Positions 38,873 through 52,800 of a DNA stretch of 64,000 nt are shown here, in pieces. Origin of the DNA: Isurus oxyrinchus (taxonomy: Eukaryota); NCBI GenBank assembly GCA_026770705.1, contig JANJGN010000026.1, positions 32,860,001 to 32,924,000 of the forward strand, read 5' to 3'. The notes under the pieces were generated by a model. That model was not told the DNA's origin, ran no database searches, and saw nothing but the letters and a program-made list of their open reading frames with translations. The position numbers and the translations under genes are program-made. How positions within the stretch are numbered: position 1 is the first letter of the stretch; the number at the start of each line of letters is the position of its first letter.

Positions 38873-39897
38873 CGGATGCTGGAAATCCAAAACAAAAGCA
38901 GAATTACCTGGAAAAATTCAGCAGGTCTGGCAGCAGTGATGGAGAAGAAAAGACTTGACGATTCAAGTCCTCATGACCCTTCAACAGAACTAGGTGAGTC
39001 CAAGGAAGGGGTGAAATATAAGCTGGTTTAAGGTGTGTGTGTGTGTGTGGAGTGGGGGGGGGGAGGTGGTGGTAGTGGTGGGGGGGGGGGGGGGGGGGGC
39101 GCGGGGTTGGGGGAGAGAAGTGGAGGGGGGGGGTGTGGTCGTATGGACAAGCAAGCAGTTATAGAAGCAGATCATCAAAAGATGTCACAGACAACAGAAC
39201 AAAAGAACACATAGGTGTTGAAGTTGGTGATATATATATAAACGAATGTGCTAATTAAGAATGGATGATTGGAGAATTAAGGTATAGCTCTAGTGGGGTT
39301 GGAGAGACCAAACGTAAACTGGGTGACCGCTTTGCAGAACACCTGCGGTCTGTCCGCAAGAATGACCCAAACCTCCCTGTCGCTTGCTATTTTAACACTC
39401 CACCCTGCTCTCTTGCCCACATGTCTGTCCTTGGCCTGCTGCATTGTTCCAGTGAAGCCCAACGCAAGCTGGAGGAAAAACACCTCATCTTCTGACTAGG
39501 CACTTTACAGCCTTTCGGATTGAATATTGAATTCAACAACTTTAGGTCCTGAACTCCCTGCTCCATCCCCACCCCCTTTCTGTTTCTTCCCTCTTCCTTT
39601 TGTTTTTCCAATAAATTATATAGATTTTTCTTTTCCCACCTATTTCCATTATTTTTAAATCTTTTTAAATATTTTATGCTCCCCCCACCCCCACTAGAGC
39701 TATACCTTAATTCTCCAACCATCCATTCTTAATTAGCACATTCATTTAGATATATATCACCAATTTCAACACCTATGTGTTCTTTTGTTCTATTGTCTGT
39801 GACATCTTTTGATGATCTGCTTCTATAACTGCTTGCTTGTCCGTACAACCACACCCCCTCCCTCCACTTCCCTCCCCTCACCAACCCCTCCTCCCCA

Positions 39898-39937
<40 letters not shown>

Positions 39938-40081
39938 CTTAAACCAGCTTATATTTCACCCCTTCCTTGGATTCACCTAATTCTGTTGAAGGGTCATGAG
40001 GACTCGAAACGTCAACTCTTTTCTTCTCCGCCGATGCTGCCAGACCTGTCAAGTTTTTCCAGGTAATTCTGTTTTTCTTTC
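38873..40081. mobile_element. Penelope-like insertion with inverted terminal-repeat arrangement and a 15-bp target-site duplication
   Basis: 38873-39295 is the reverse complement of ~39690-40081. Central GETKRKLGDRFAEHLRSV. tattactgatacatg at 38858-38872 and 40082-40096. Confidence 0.9.
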
Positions 40082-41404
40082 TATTACTGATACATGGCCT
40101 AGGTAAATATAAACTAGGACAGGGGCTAGTGTACTGATTACTGATACAGGGTCAAGATTATTAAAAAAAGAAGACATCCACTATCGCAGTGAATACTGAT
40201 ACAGTGCCTAGATCCATAAAAAGTGAGAACTTCTGTTGCACTGATTTCTATACAGGGTCTACATTAATATAAACTGATTTAGGGTCTAGTCCAGTGATTA
40301 CTGATGCAGGGTCTGAATCAATATAAACTGAGAAAATGTTCAGTGCAGTAATTACTGATAAAGGTCTTGATTAATATAAACTGAGATAGGGCCCAATGCA
40401 GTGATTACAGTTACAGGGTCTAGGTTGGTACAAAGTGAGGCAGGGCATAGTGCAGTGAATACTGATACAGGGTCTAGACAAATATAATCTGAGACAGGCT
40501 CTAGTGCAGAGATAACTGAGACAGGGTCTAGAGCACTGATTGCTGTTGCAGGGTCCAGACTAATATAAACTGAGACTGGGCCAAGTGCAGTGATTACTAA
40601 AACAGGGTCCAGATTGGTATATACTGAGAAAGGACATACTGCAGTGATTACTGATACAGGCTCCAGATTAAGATAAACTGAGGCAGGGCCTTGTGCAGTG
40701 ATTAGTGATACAAGGTCAGATTTATGTAAAATCTGATGGGCTCTAGATCAATATACTCCGAGGCAGTGTCCAGTGCAGTGACTACTGATAGAGGGTCGAT
40801 ATTGATATAAACTGATACAAAGCCCAGTGCAGTGTTTACCGATACAGAGTCTAGATTGATGAAAACTGAGGCAGAGCATAGTGCAGAGATTAATGATACA
40901 GGGTCTAGATTAACATAAACTGATGCAGGGCCAATTATAGTGATTACTGATACAGGGCTGAGATAAATATAAACTAGGACAGAGGCTAGTGCAGTGATTA
41001 GTGACACAGGATCTGGATCAATAAAATTGAGATGGTGCCCAGTGCAGTCATTACTAATACAGGGCCTAGATTAATGCAAACTGAGACAGGGTCCAGTACA
41101 GTCATTACTGATACAGTATCTGGACTAATATAAACTGAGGCATTCTCTAGTTCTGTCATTACTGATACAGGGTCTGGACTAATATGAACTGAAACACTGT
41201 CCAATGCATTGATTACTGATACAGGATCTAGACTGATATGAACTGAGTGCAGATATTACTGATACAGGGCCTAGATAAATATGAACTAGGACAAGGGCTA
41301 GTGCAGTGATTACTAGTACAGGGTCTAGATCAATATAAACTGAAAGAGTGTCCATTGCAGTGATTACTGATACAGTGTCTGAATCAATATAAACTGAGCC
41401 AGTA

Positions 41405-41560
41405 CAAAAACAAAAATACCTGGAAAAACTCAGCTGGTCTGGCAGCATCTGCAGAGAGGAACACAGTTCTGAATGACCCTTCAACAGACTCGAAACTTTA
41501 ACTGTGTTCCTCTCCACAGATACTGCCAGACCTGCTGAGTTTTTCCAAGTAATTCTGTCA
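41405..41560. mobile_element. Miniature palindromic Penelope terminal-repeat remnant
   Basis: ggaaaaactcagc..tctggcagcatctg..gaggaacacagtt pairs with aactgtgttcctc..cagatactgccagacctgctgagtttttcc. Confidence 0.75.
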
Positions 41561-43659
41561 ATATAATCTGAGGCAGTTTCCAGGGCAGTGATTACTGATA
41601 TAGGCTCCAAATTAATATAAACGGAGACAGGGTCTAGTGCAGTGATGACTGACACAGTGACTAGATTAATATAAACTGAGACAGGGTATCGTGCTCTTAT
41701 TGCTGATACAGGGACTGGACTAATATAAACTGAGTCCGCATCTAATGCAGAGTTTAATAATAGAGGGTCTAAATCAATTGAAATGGAGACAGTGCCCAGG
41801 ACAGTGAATGCTGATACAGGGTCTTGATTAATAGAAGCTGAAGCAGGAGCAAGTGCAATGATTACTGATACAGGGTCTAGATAACATTAACTGGGACAGA
41901 GTCCAGTGCAATGATTGTTGATGCAGGGTGTATATTAATATAACTTGAGGCAGGATCTACTGCTGTGATTAATGATACCGGCTCTTGATTAATATAAACT
42001 GAGGCAGGCTCTAGTACACTGATTACTCTTTCAGGGTCTGAACTAATAGAAACTGAGACAGGGTTTGTGTAGTGATTACTGATACGGGGCCTTGATTAAT
42101 ATAAACTGAGACAGGCTCCAGTGCCGTGATTACTGATACAGGTTGTGGATTAATATACACTGAGGCAGGGTCTATTGCAATGATTCAGCATCTAGGTTAA
42201 TAAAGACTGAGACTGGATCCAGTGCAGTGTTTACTGATACAGCATCTATATTTATATAATTTGAGGCAGGGTCGAGTGCAGTGATTACTGATACAGGGTC
42301 TAGATTAATAGAAACTGAGACATGGTCGAGTGCAGTCATTCTTGATATATGGTCTGAACTAATATAAACTGAGACAGGGCCAAGTGGAAGAATTACTTCA
42401 TCATTGACGCCCATATCCCAAGAACGAATTAACACATTGTAAAATACTTCAGACTCTGGAAATCTAAAGCAAGACAAAAAAAATAACCACTCAGCAGGTC
42501 AGTGGGCATCAATAGAGAGAGAAACAGGTAAAACATTCAGGTCGACGACAGGTGCAAAATCTCCCTTAGTACCATTCTATAGAGCAGGATTGTTCTCCCC
42601 ACTATCCTAGGCCAATATTCATTCTTTAGCTAAAATCACATATTATCTAGTCATTTTCACAGCTTCATTCGTGGAATCTTGCTATGCAGAAATCACCGGA
42701 TGAGTTTCCAACATTACAGCAGGGACTGACCTTCAACAAAACTTTATCAACAAGTTTTAAGGATTTTAGGATTTCATGGGGTCCTGAGCAACGTTCTATA
42801 AATGCAAATTCTTTGTAAATGTTAACATTTTAAAATGCTAGTTGTGATATGTTGAAAACTCTGAGATTAATATGATTATAGATCGCTCTTTTGGCTGCTG
42901 TTTTAAATTGCCTGGTTTAAATGGATTAAATCTTCCAACAAATTGACATTCAGTGGAATCCCAGCCTGTTCAAATATTCTTCATTGATTGTGACAGTAGA
43001 ACTTTCAGAACTGAATTATTAATTGAAATGTATTTTTAATTGTTTGAAATAAATAACATCTGTTCTAATTGATGTTAAAGAAGTTTCTATTAATTTTGTA
43101 CAAACTGTCAATATTCTTAAAATAAACCCTTGTCTTGAGCTGAAACCAATCAATAAGTGTCTGTGTTTATCTGGTTTTGCTGCCATGAACACTTCATTGA
43201 AATCAGTCAGGCGTTTATGTAAATAAACACAGAAATAGAAGTCCCAGATTAGATTCTGGAGACACAAAAACACAGCAAATATTTCCCCATCAACACAGCA
43301 CAGAAACAGAGTCAAACATGCAAATACATCAACCGATTCCAGTAGCAATTGTTTTCTGGACATTTATTAAGTTAGTTTTATGAGAATGATGTCACGATGA
43401 TATCTATGTTCAGAATTAAGAAAGATTGCCACTTATCATGAAAAGTAATGACATGGCAAATATGTTTGTAGAGATTTCCTGTATCCTCACTCTCTTTGTC
43501 TCTTTCTCCTCTCTGGTTCTGTGTCGTGTCTCTCCACCATGGGTCATTGTCTTTACTCCACAACATAAAGTCAATGTCAAGCCTATGTATTCTCTCGGCC
43601 CGATTCATACACTACAAACGAAATGGATTGAATGGAATCCGTAGAAGTAACTTTACTCT

Positions 43660-44510
43660 TAATCTGTGTCGAGCATTCAGTGACCTGGGAGTGCTTGATG
43701 GGAAACTGCAGATGAAACCTTTCTCTGTATCTAACCTTTGTTGTAGCCAGTAGCCAGGATTTAAAGTGGCCGTGCCAAAGGATATTTCCCCGTATCTAAC
43801 CCGTGCTGTTCCTGCCTTTGGAGCATCCGATGGGACAGTGTAGAAGGAGATTTATTCTGTATCTAAACCATGCTGTATTTGACATGGCTGTGTTTGATGA
43901 GACAGTATAGAGGGAAATTTTTCCCATATCTGAGCCCTGGGAATGCCTGATATGATGGTGCATCGGCATCTTTCCTCTTTACCTGCCACCAGCGTCGAGC
44001 TGCCTAGGAAATGTTTGATGGAAGAGAGCAGAGGAAACTTTACACTGCATAGAACCCTCACCCTACATGCCTTGACTGTGTTTGAGCTGGCAGTGTAGAG
44101 GAAGTTTTACCCTGTATCTAAATTCTGCTGTACCTGTCTGGGGATGTTTGATGGCGACAGTGTAGAGGGAGTTTCACTCTGAATCTCACCCGTGCTGTAT
44201 CTGCCTTGGGAGTTTTTCATGCGTAATGTAGATGGAACTTAACATTGTTAATGTAGCCCCATGCTACACCCGCCCTGGGGTTGCTGATGGAGCCGTGGGC
44301 CTTGTCTCTGCATTACACTTGGCCGTGTCTAACCGTATCTAGCCCGTGCTGCCCTTGTAGTGTTGCATGGTGACTGTGGCGAGGGAGATTCACTCTATCT
44401 GACCCGTGCTGTATTTCCTCTGAGAGTGTTCAATGTGGCAATGTAGACGGAGCTTTAAATTCTGTGCCTAGCCCCATGCTGCACCTGTCCTGGGAGTGTT
44501 TGATGGGACT
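43660..44510 (+). repeat. ~65-bp tandem repeat (further degenerate units ~63330-63440)
   Basis: Units like gtatctaacccgtgctgtacctgccctgggagtgtttgatgggacagtgtagagggagctttactct. Confidence 0.9.
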
Positions 44511-45374
44511 AGACCCGGTCTAGATATTGCACCCGACTGTGACCCTGTCCCTGTTTGTATTACACTAGGCCCTGTCCCTGTTTATATTCTGCTCGACATG
44601 TCTCTGTTTATATTGCACTAAACGCTTCTCAGTTTATATTGCACTAGAAGCTGTCCCTGTTTATATTACGCTCAACATGCTCCTGTTTACACAGCACTAG
44701 ACCCTGTTTCTGTTTATATTACATTGATCCCTGTCTCGGTTTATATTATATTAAACCCTATCTTTGTTTATATTATACTAGCCTCACTCTCTGCTTGTAT
44801 TAAACTGGGCCCTGTCCCTGTTTATATTACACTTGATATGCCTCTGTTCATATTACACTCGACATGTCTCTGTTAATATTATACTCAACATGTCTCTCTT
44901 TTTTGCACTAGACGCTGTCGTTGTTTATATTAAACTGGACCCTGTATGTTTATAATACACTAGGCCCTGTCTCTACATCACACTGGACCCTGTTTCTGTT
45001 TATATTACTCTAGATCCTGCCTTTGGTTCTATTAAACAAGGCCCTGTCTCTATATCACACTGGACCCTGTTTCTGTTTATATTACTCCAGATCCTGCCTT
45101 CGATTCTATTAAACAAGGCCGTGTCTCTGTTTATATTGTATTTGACATGTCTCTGCACATATTGATATAGAACTGTCTCTGTATTTCAGTAGAAGCTGTC
45201 TCAGTTCTGCACTAGATCATGTCTGTATTTAAATTACATTGGATCCAGCCTCAGTTATTACTGCACTGCACAAGTGCAATAATGTGGAAATTAGTTGGGG
45301 TGGAAATAGTGAAGATAAGACAGCAAGATGGTTGGAACGGTAAGGATGCAAAAATTCTTTCAGGAACAATTATC

Positions 45375-48250
45375 ATGGGGGGAGAAGAGTAAAGTTGATG
45401 TTTCGAGTCCTCATGACCCTTCAACAGAACTAAGTAGAAATAGGAAAGTGGTGAAATATAAGCTGGTTTAAGAGGGGGGAGGGGGAAGCAGGGGTGGGGG
45501 GTTGTTGGGACAAGCAAACAGTGATAGGAGGAGATAACCAAAAGATGTCACAGACAAAAGAACAAAGAGGTTCTTTGAGGAACAGAGAGAGTTTATCTAA
45601 AAGAATGAGCAAATTAAGATTGGAGACCAGGACAAGCAAGATAGCTCTAGTGGGGGTGGGGTGAAACAAACCATGGGTGGAATACATTTAAAAATAATGG
45701 AAGTAGGTGGGAAAAGAAAAATCTATATAAATTATTGGAAAAAACAAAAGGGAGGGGGATGGAAGTGTAGAGGGATTGGACGTCCATGGTGAAGAGGAGG
45801 CGGTTGAGGCCAGGGAACTGGAAATTGTTGATGTGATATAAGGTGTCAGAGGAATCACGGATGTAGGTGGGAAGGGACTGGACGAGGGGAGAGAGAAGGG
45901 AGTCAAGATAGCGAGCAATGAGTTCCATGGGGCAGGAACAGGCTGACACGATCAGGACAGTCTGTTGTTGTCTGGCTCACTGACCTCTAACTCGTGGATG
46001 CTGAGCGTCAACTCGCAGACACTTCCTTGTACCTCTCCTTGGACCATGACCCCACCACTGAACATCAAGCCATTGTTCCCAGGACTGTCATTGACCTCAT
46101 CTCCTCTGGAGATCTTCCTTCCACAGCTTCCAGCCTGATAGTTGCCCAACCTCGGACAGCCCGCTTCAACTCCTACCCAAAATCCACAAACAGGACTGTC
46201 CGGGCAGACCGATCATGTCAGCCTGTTCCTGCCCCACGCAACTCATTTCTCACTACCTTGACTCCCTTCTCTCTCCCCTTGTCCAGTCCCTTCCCACCTA
46301 CATCCATGATTCCTCTGACACCTTACGTCACATCAACAATTTCCATTTCCCTGGCCTCAACCGCTTCCTCTTCACCATGGACGTCCAATCCCTTTACACC
46401 TCCATCCCCCACCAGGATGGTCTGAGGGCCCTTAGCTTCTTCCTCGAACAGATGCCCGAACAATCCCCATCCACCACTACTCTCCTCCATCTAGTTGAAC
46501 TTGTTCTCACACTGAACAATTTCTCCTTTAACTCCTCTCACTTCCTCCAAATAAAAGGTGTGGCTATGGGTACCCGCATGGGCCCCAGCTATGCCTGTCT
46601 CTTTATGGCGTATGTGGAACATTCCTTGTTGCAGTCCTACTCCGGCCCCCTTCCACAACTCTTTCTCCAGTACATCGATGATTACTTCGGTGCCGCTTCA
46701 TGCTCTCGTCGGGACCTGGAAAAAATTTTAATTTTGCTTCCAATCTCCACCCCTCCATCATTTTCACGTGGTCCATCTCTGACATTTCCCTTCCCTTCCT
46801 TGACCTCTCTGTCTCAATTCTGGTGATAGACTGTCCACCAATATCCATTACAAGCTTACCGGCTCCCACAGTTACCTCGACTACGGCTCCCCACACCCCG
46901 CTTCCTGTAAGGACTCCATCCCAATCTCTCAGTTCCTTTGCCTCCATCGCATCTGTTCCGATGATGCTACCTTCAAAAACAGTTCCTGTGACATGTCCTC
47001 CTTCTTCCTTCACCAAGGTTTTCCATCCACGGTAGTTGACAGGGCCGTCAACTGTGTCTGGCCATCTCCCGTGCACCCGCCCTCACACCTTCTCCTCCCT
47101 CCCAGAAACATGAAAGGGTCCCCCTTGTCCTCACTTATCACCCCACTAACCTCCGCATTCAAAGGATCATCCTCCACCATTTCCGCCAACTCCAGCATAA
47201 TACCACCACCAAACACATTTTCCCTTCACCCACCGCACCCCCCCCCCACCCCCCCACCGGCGGCATTCCTTAGGGATCGTTCCCTCTGGGACACCCTGGT
47301 CCACTCCTCCATCACTCCCTACTCCTCAACCCCCATCTACAGCATCTCCCCATGCAAACGTAAAATATGCAACACCTGCCCCTTCACTTCCTCTCTCCTC
47401 ACCGTCCAAGGGCCCAAACAATCCTTTCAAGTGAAGCAGCATTTCACATGCATTTCCCCCAACTTAGTCTACTGCATTCATTGCTCCCAATGCGGTTTCC
47501 CCTACATTGGAGAGACCAAACACAGACTGGGTGACCGCTTTGCAGAACATCTTCGGTCTGTCCTCAAGCATGACCCAGACCTCCCTGTCACTTGCTATTT
47601 TAACACTCCATCCTGCTCTCTTGCCCACATGTCTGTCCTTGGCTTGCTGCATTGTTCCAGTGAAGCTTCAACGCAAACTGGAGGAACAGCACCTCATCTT
47701 CCAACTAGGCACTTTACAGCCTTCTGGACTAAATATTGACTTCAACAACTTTAGATCTTGAACTCCCTGTTCCATCTGCACCCTTTTCCTTTTCTTCTCC
47801 CTCCCTTTTGTTTTTTTCCAATAATTTATATAGATTTTTCTTTTCCCAATTTTTCCATTATTTTAAATGTATTCCACCGATGGTTTATTTCACCCGACAC
47901 CCACTAGAGCTACCTTGCTTGCCCTACTCTCCACTCTTAATTAGCACATTCTTTTAGATATTATCCCCACCTTCAACAGCTCTTTGTTCTTTTGTCTATG
48001 ACATCTTTTGGTTATCTCCTCCTATCACTGCTCGCTTGTCCCAACAACCACCCACCCCCTTCTTCCCCCAACCCTCTTAAACCAGCTTATATTTCACCCC
48101 TTTCCTACTTTTACTTCGTTCTGTTGAGGGGTCATGAGGACTCGAAACGTCAACTTTGCTCTTCTCCACCAATGCTGCCAGACCTGCTGAGTTTTACCAG
48201 GTATTTCTGTTTTTGTTTTGGATTTTCAGTATCCGCAGTTTTTTTTTATC
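45375..48250 (+). mobile_element. Long Penelope-like element (RT + GIY-YIG endonuclease) with an inverted 5' segment (~45375-45950)
   Basis: LFTMDVQSLYTSIP, QIKGVAMGTRMGPSYACLFM, LQYIDDYF, NLVYCIHCSQCGFPYIGETKHRLGDRFAEH. Frameshifted. Confidence 0.93.
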
Positions 48251-49214
48251 ATGGGGGCCTGTTTCAATGTTGTGCCTTGCCCTCCCTTCAGCCCAGATTT
48301 GTGTTTATAAATCGCAGATCTCTCTTACCTTGCAGCTGTTTAAATTAAAGCATTTAACTCCTATTTAGAGGGTCTAGTGCAATAAAGTAAGGGAATATAC
48401 TAATGTAATATAAACAGGACAATTACATAAATAACTGAGACAGAATCTCGTGTTATGGAAGCAGAAGCATGGACTAGAGCAGTAACAATATGACAGGCCC
48501 AGAGTAGTATGAACACAGACATGGTGGGGTGCAGCAATAACTGAGAGAGGGTCGAGTGTTACAGAAACACAAACAGGGACTGGAGAAGTAACAATGCGAC
48601 AGGCCCAGTGTAGTATGAACAGAGACATGATGGAGTGCAGGAATATTGATACCAGATGTCCTGAAGTCCCACAGAACCTGATAAGATATGGGTGGAGATG
48701 CCTTCCGGTGATTACCACCTGTTCTCCTCCCACAGCTGATGAATCTGAACTGCTTCATCTTTAGCACTACGTAGAAGAAACACTGAGGTAGCAAGGGCAA
48801 TGGATGTGCCATGAATTTGCAAAATCAGTTACCATTTGACAAGACCATTAATGACCAAGCTGGATGAGTCCTGAATGACGTACCTGCCAGACTGGACGTG
48901 TCACAGATGGTGATAGAGCCATCACGATAGACAACCCTATTCCATCTCGGGCCCATCACACTAGATATAGGTGACAGTCACCCCTGCACTGTCCTTGTTG
49001 AAACCAAGGCCGGTATTCATTCTGAGCACATTCTCCATTGTGTTGTGCCGCATTGCCCCTGTGTTAAACGGGACACATTCAGAACTGATCTAGCAGCTCA
49101 AAACTTGACATCAACGAGATTCTGTTGGCCATCAGCAGCAGAATAATTGCGTTCAATCCCAACCTATGATCTCATGGACCATAATATCCCTCACTCACAC
49201 CATGGTGTATCTAT

Positions 49215-49880
49215 CCACAGATCCCTGAAGGGCAGGGAGATGAGATGGTTAAGAGGGCATAAGGGATATTTGCCTTTATTAGCTGAGGCATAGAGCACAA
49301 GAGCAGGGAGGTTATGCTGGAACTGTATAAAACTTTGGTTAGGCCACAACTGGAGTACTGCGTGCACTTCTGGCCACCACATGATAGGAAGGGTGTGATT
49401 GCACAGGAGAGAGAAAGTAGAGGAGATTTACCAGGATGCAGCCTGGGCTGGAGGTTCTGAGCTATGAGGAGAGGTTGGATAGGCTGGGGTTGTTCTCCTT
49501 GGAGCAATAAAGGTTGAAAGGGGACTTGACAGAGGTGTAAAAGATTAGGAGGAGCATAAATACGGCCGAGAGGAAGGCACTTTTTCCATTAGTAGAGGGG
49601 TCAATAACCAGGGGGCAGAGATTTACGGTAAGAGATAGAAGGCTAAAAGGAGAGTTGAGGAGACTTTTTTTCACCCAGAGAGTGGAAGACATCTGGGACT
49701 TACTGCCTGAAACGGTGGCTGAGTCAGACACTCTCGTAACATTTAGGAAATACTTAAATGTTCACTTGAGCAGCCATAGCCTCCAGGGCTATGGGCCAAG
49801 CACTGGAAAATGGGATTATTGTATTCAGATCTTGGTTGACTATTGTGGGAACGATGGGCCGAATGGCCTTCTTCTGTGCT
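49215..49880 (+). mobile_element. CR1 3' fragment
   Basis: atgctggaactgtataaaactttggttaggccacaactggagtactg (LYKTLVRPQLEYC) and FFTQRVEDIWDLLPE. Confidence 0.85.
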
Positions 49881-52800
49881 GAACATGCCTCTGAGACAAT
49901 GATTCTAACATCCAGCCTGGGGACAATGAGGAATGTAGAAGAGCAGGTCAAAAACAAAACTGGGCATACCTGAAAATAATGAACCATAGTTTGAAGCTTG
50001 AACAACGTACATAATGGACAACAGATCAAATCTGCCCCCTTGCTACTCGATCCGCCTACTCTTGATGGTCTGTAAAGTGATGGAAGTTGTCGCCGACCTG
50101 CTCACCAAAGCTCAGGCTGGATCCACCCGGATCAGCCAGCTTCAAAGCTCATTGTAAACCTGGTCTGAACATGGACGGGAGAGCGAATTTCCAGAGACGA
50201 TGTGTAAGTGCTTTAGTACTTAGTGTCAACGCAGCATTTGACTGAGTGTGGCATCAAGAAGCCTTGGGAATCAGGGGAAGTCTCTCCACTGGTTGGAGTC
50301 ACACCGAGCACAGATGAAGATGTGATTCGTGGAGACCAATCACCTCAGCACCAGGACACCGTACCAGGAGTCCATCAGAGAAGTGTCCTTGGCCCAACCA
50401 TCTTCAGCTGCTTCATCAGTGACCTTCCCTTAATCACTGGGTCAGGAGTGGGGATGTTCGCTCATATTTACAGTGTTCAGTTCCATTTATGACCTCTCAG
50501 ATAATGAAACCGTCCTTACATGTTGCATCCCGAACTGGATAAAATTCATGTTTGAGCTGATAAGTTGCAAGTGATATAAGAAACACACAAGTGCTAGGCA
50601 ATGACCAACTCCAACAATAAAGAAACCAATCATCTTTCCTTAAAGTTCAAAAGGCATTACTGCTGTTGAAACCCACCATCAATGTCGTGCAGGTACCATT
50701 AAGCGGAAACTGAACTGGACCAGCCATATAAATACCGTGGCTACAAGAGTAGGATTCTATGCTGATTAACTCGCCTTCGGACTCCCCAAAGCCTTTCCAC
50801 CATCTGCAAATCTGTAAGTCAGATGCTTGTTGGAAATTGTTTACTTTCCTGGAAGAATGCAACTGTAGCAACACTCAAGAATCTCCACACCAACCAGGTG
50901 AAATCAAGCCCTTGATAGGCACTTCATCCAGGAGTTAAACATTCATTCCCTCCACCACAGACACACCGTGGATGCAGACTGTACAATCCAAAAGATGCAC
51001 TGCAGTAACTTGTCAAGGCTTCTTCAACAGCACCTTCCATGCCTGTGACCTCCACCTCCCAGAATAACAAGGGCAATAAACAAATGGGAACACAATGCCC
51101 TACATCCTCCTACACATACAACTCAAGAGGTGAGAAATTGGTCTTGGGCACTGGCAATAGAGAAGCGATATCTGAAATCAAATTCTGCTGACTGCGATGA
51201 AAATGAATACCAAGTGCTGCGTAGCATATACGGCCAGTCCATTATCGCCCATTTCAGGCTTCTGCCAGATGCCAATTTATAGCCTAACATCTTTATTTCT
51301 AAAACAAAAACAGAGTCTCGAACTCAAGTTCTGTCGAAGGGTCATGAGGACTCGAAACGTCAACTCTTTTCTTCTCTGCTGATGCTGCCGGACCTGCTGA
51401 GTTTTTCCAGGTAATTCTGTTTTTGTTTTGCATTTCCAGCATCTGCAGTTTTTTTGTTTTTATCTTTATTTCTAATATTATTTCTCATCTCACAGAAACA
51501 TTGAGTAATACAGCCATAATTTTAACAGAGGCATAGATATAAGCAAAATGCGGGTGCCGAAAATCTGAAATAAAAACAGAAACTGCTGGACAAAACCAGC
51601 AGGTCTGGCAACACCTATGCAGAGAGAAACAGAGTTAACATTTCGAGACCATATGATTCTTCTTCGGAGACATAGTCTACCGCCGTAGTTAAAATGACCA
51701 GGTCTGGGAAATGTAGACATAGTCAAGATGGAATACAATATAAACAGAGACAGGCCCTAGTTTAATATAAACAGAGAGAGGGTTTAATGTAATATAAATG
51801 GAGACAGGGTCCAGTGCAATGCAAACCGAGATGGCTTCTAGTGGAACATTAACGAGATGGGGTCTATTTTAATACAAACAGAGGCCTGATCCAGCACAAT
51901 AGAAATAAAGTAGTTCCCAGGACTTTAATAATCGAACCAGGACCCTGTATAATATGGGAGGGATGGTCGTGCAGTGGGAACATCACTGGATCAGTAACCC
52001 AGAGACCCAGGCCTTTTCCCTGGGGATAGGGGTTTGAATCCCATTATGGCAGCATGTGGAATCCAAATTCAGTTAATATATTTGGAATTGAAAGCTTGTC
52101 ACATAGCCAGGACCATGAAACTATATTCAATTATATTAAATATCCAACTGGTTCACCAATGTCCTTTAGGGAAGAAAATCTACAGTCCTTAGCCAGTCTG
52201 ACCTTCATTTTCTTCTTTGCTCATGAGAATGTGGACGGTGCTGGCTAGGCCAGCATTTATTGCCCATCCCTAATTGCCCTTGAGAACACTGTGGCTTGTT
52301 AGGCTAGTTAAGAATCAACCACATTGCTGTGGGTCTGCAGTCACATGCAGTCCAGACCAGGTGGCATTAGTGTGAACCAGATGGGTTTTTATGACAATGG
52401 TTTCATGGTCATCATTAGATTTTTGAATTCAAATTTCATCATCTGCCGTGGTGGGATTCAAACACGGATCCCAAGCAAATTACTAGCCCAGTGATAATTC
52501 CACTACACCACCGCCTCCCATGCATACAACTCCAGTCCCACAATTTTGTGCAGCCCCATTCTCTGGTTATTTGTTTAATTGCGCACCATCATTCACGACT
52601 GGATGTGACAGGACTGCTGAGGTAAAATCTAATCCGTTTGATGTGGGATCTTCCTGGCTATGTGATATTTATTTATTATTGACTGGTGCAGTATTAATTG
52701 AAACAGGGTACAGTGAAATATAAACAGAGACAGTGTTTCGTCTAACATAAAAATAGATGGAGTCCAATTTAAAAAGACAGAGACAGGGTCCAGTGCAGTA

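Larger units (their letters stand above)
31300..42390 (-). repeat. Large satellite array: 54-bp unit of two related 27-bp subunits; smaller patches at ~44520-45250, ~48370-48650, ~51730-51950 and ~52680-52810
   Basis: Consensus gagacagggtctagtgcagtgattact + gatacagggtctagattaatataaact repeated for ~11 kb. Minus-strand translation gives (LDPVSVITA LDPVSVYIN)n pseudo-ORFs. Confidence 0.95.

Noticed and set aside
31300-42390. Regular repeats superficially like a CRISPR array or an RSS array
   Set aside because: No unique spacers, vertebrate context, and no nonamer at 12 or 23 nt from the CACTGCA motifs.
33808-42477. Long minus-strand ORFs with a 9-aa period (DPVSVITAL/DPVSVYINL) suggesting a repeat protein
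   Set aside because: They follow from a 27-nt (9-codon) satellite unit. Frames are repeatedly broken by indels, stops and retroelement insertions.
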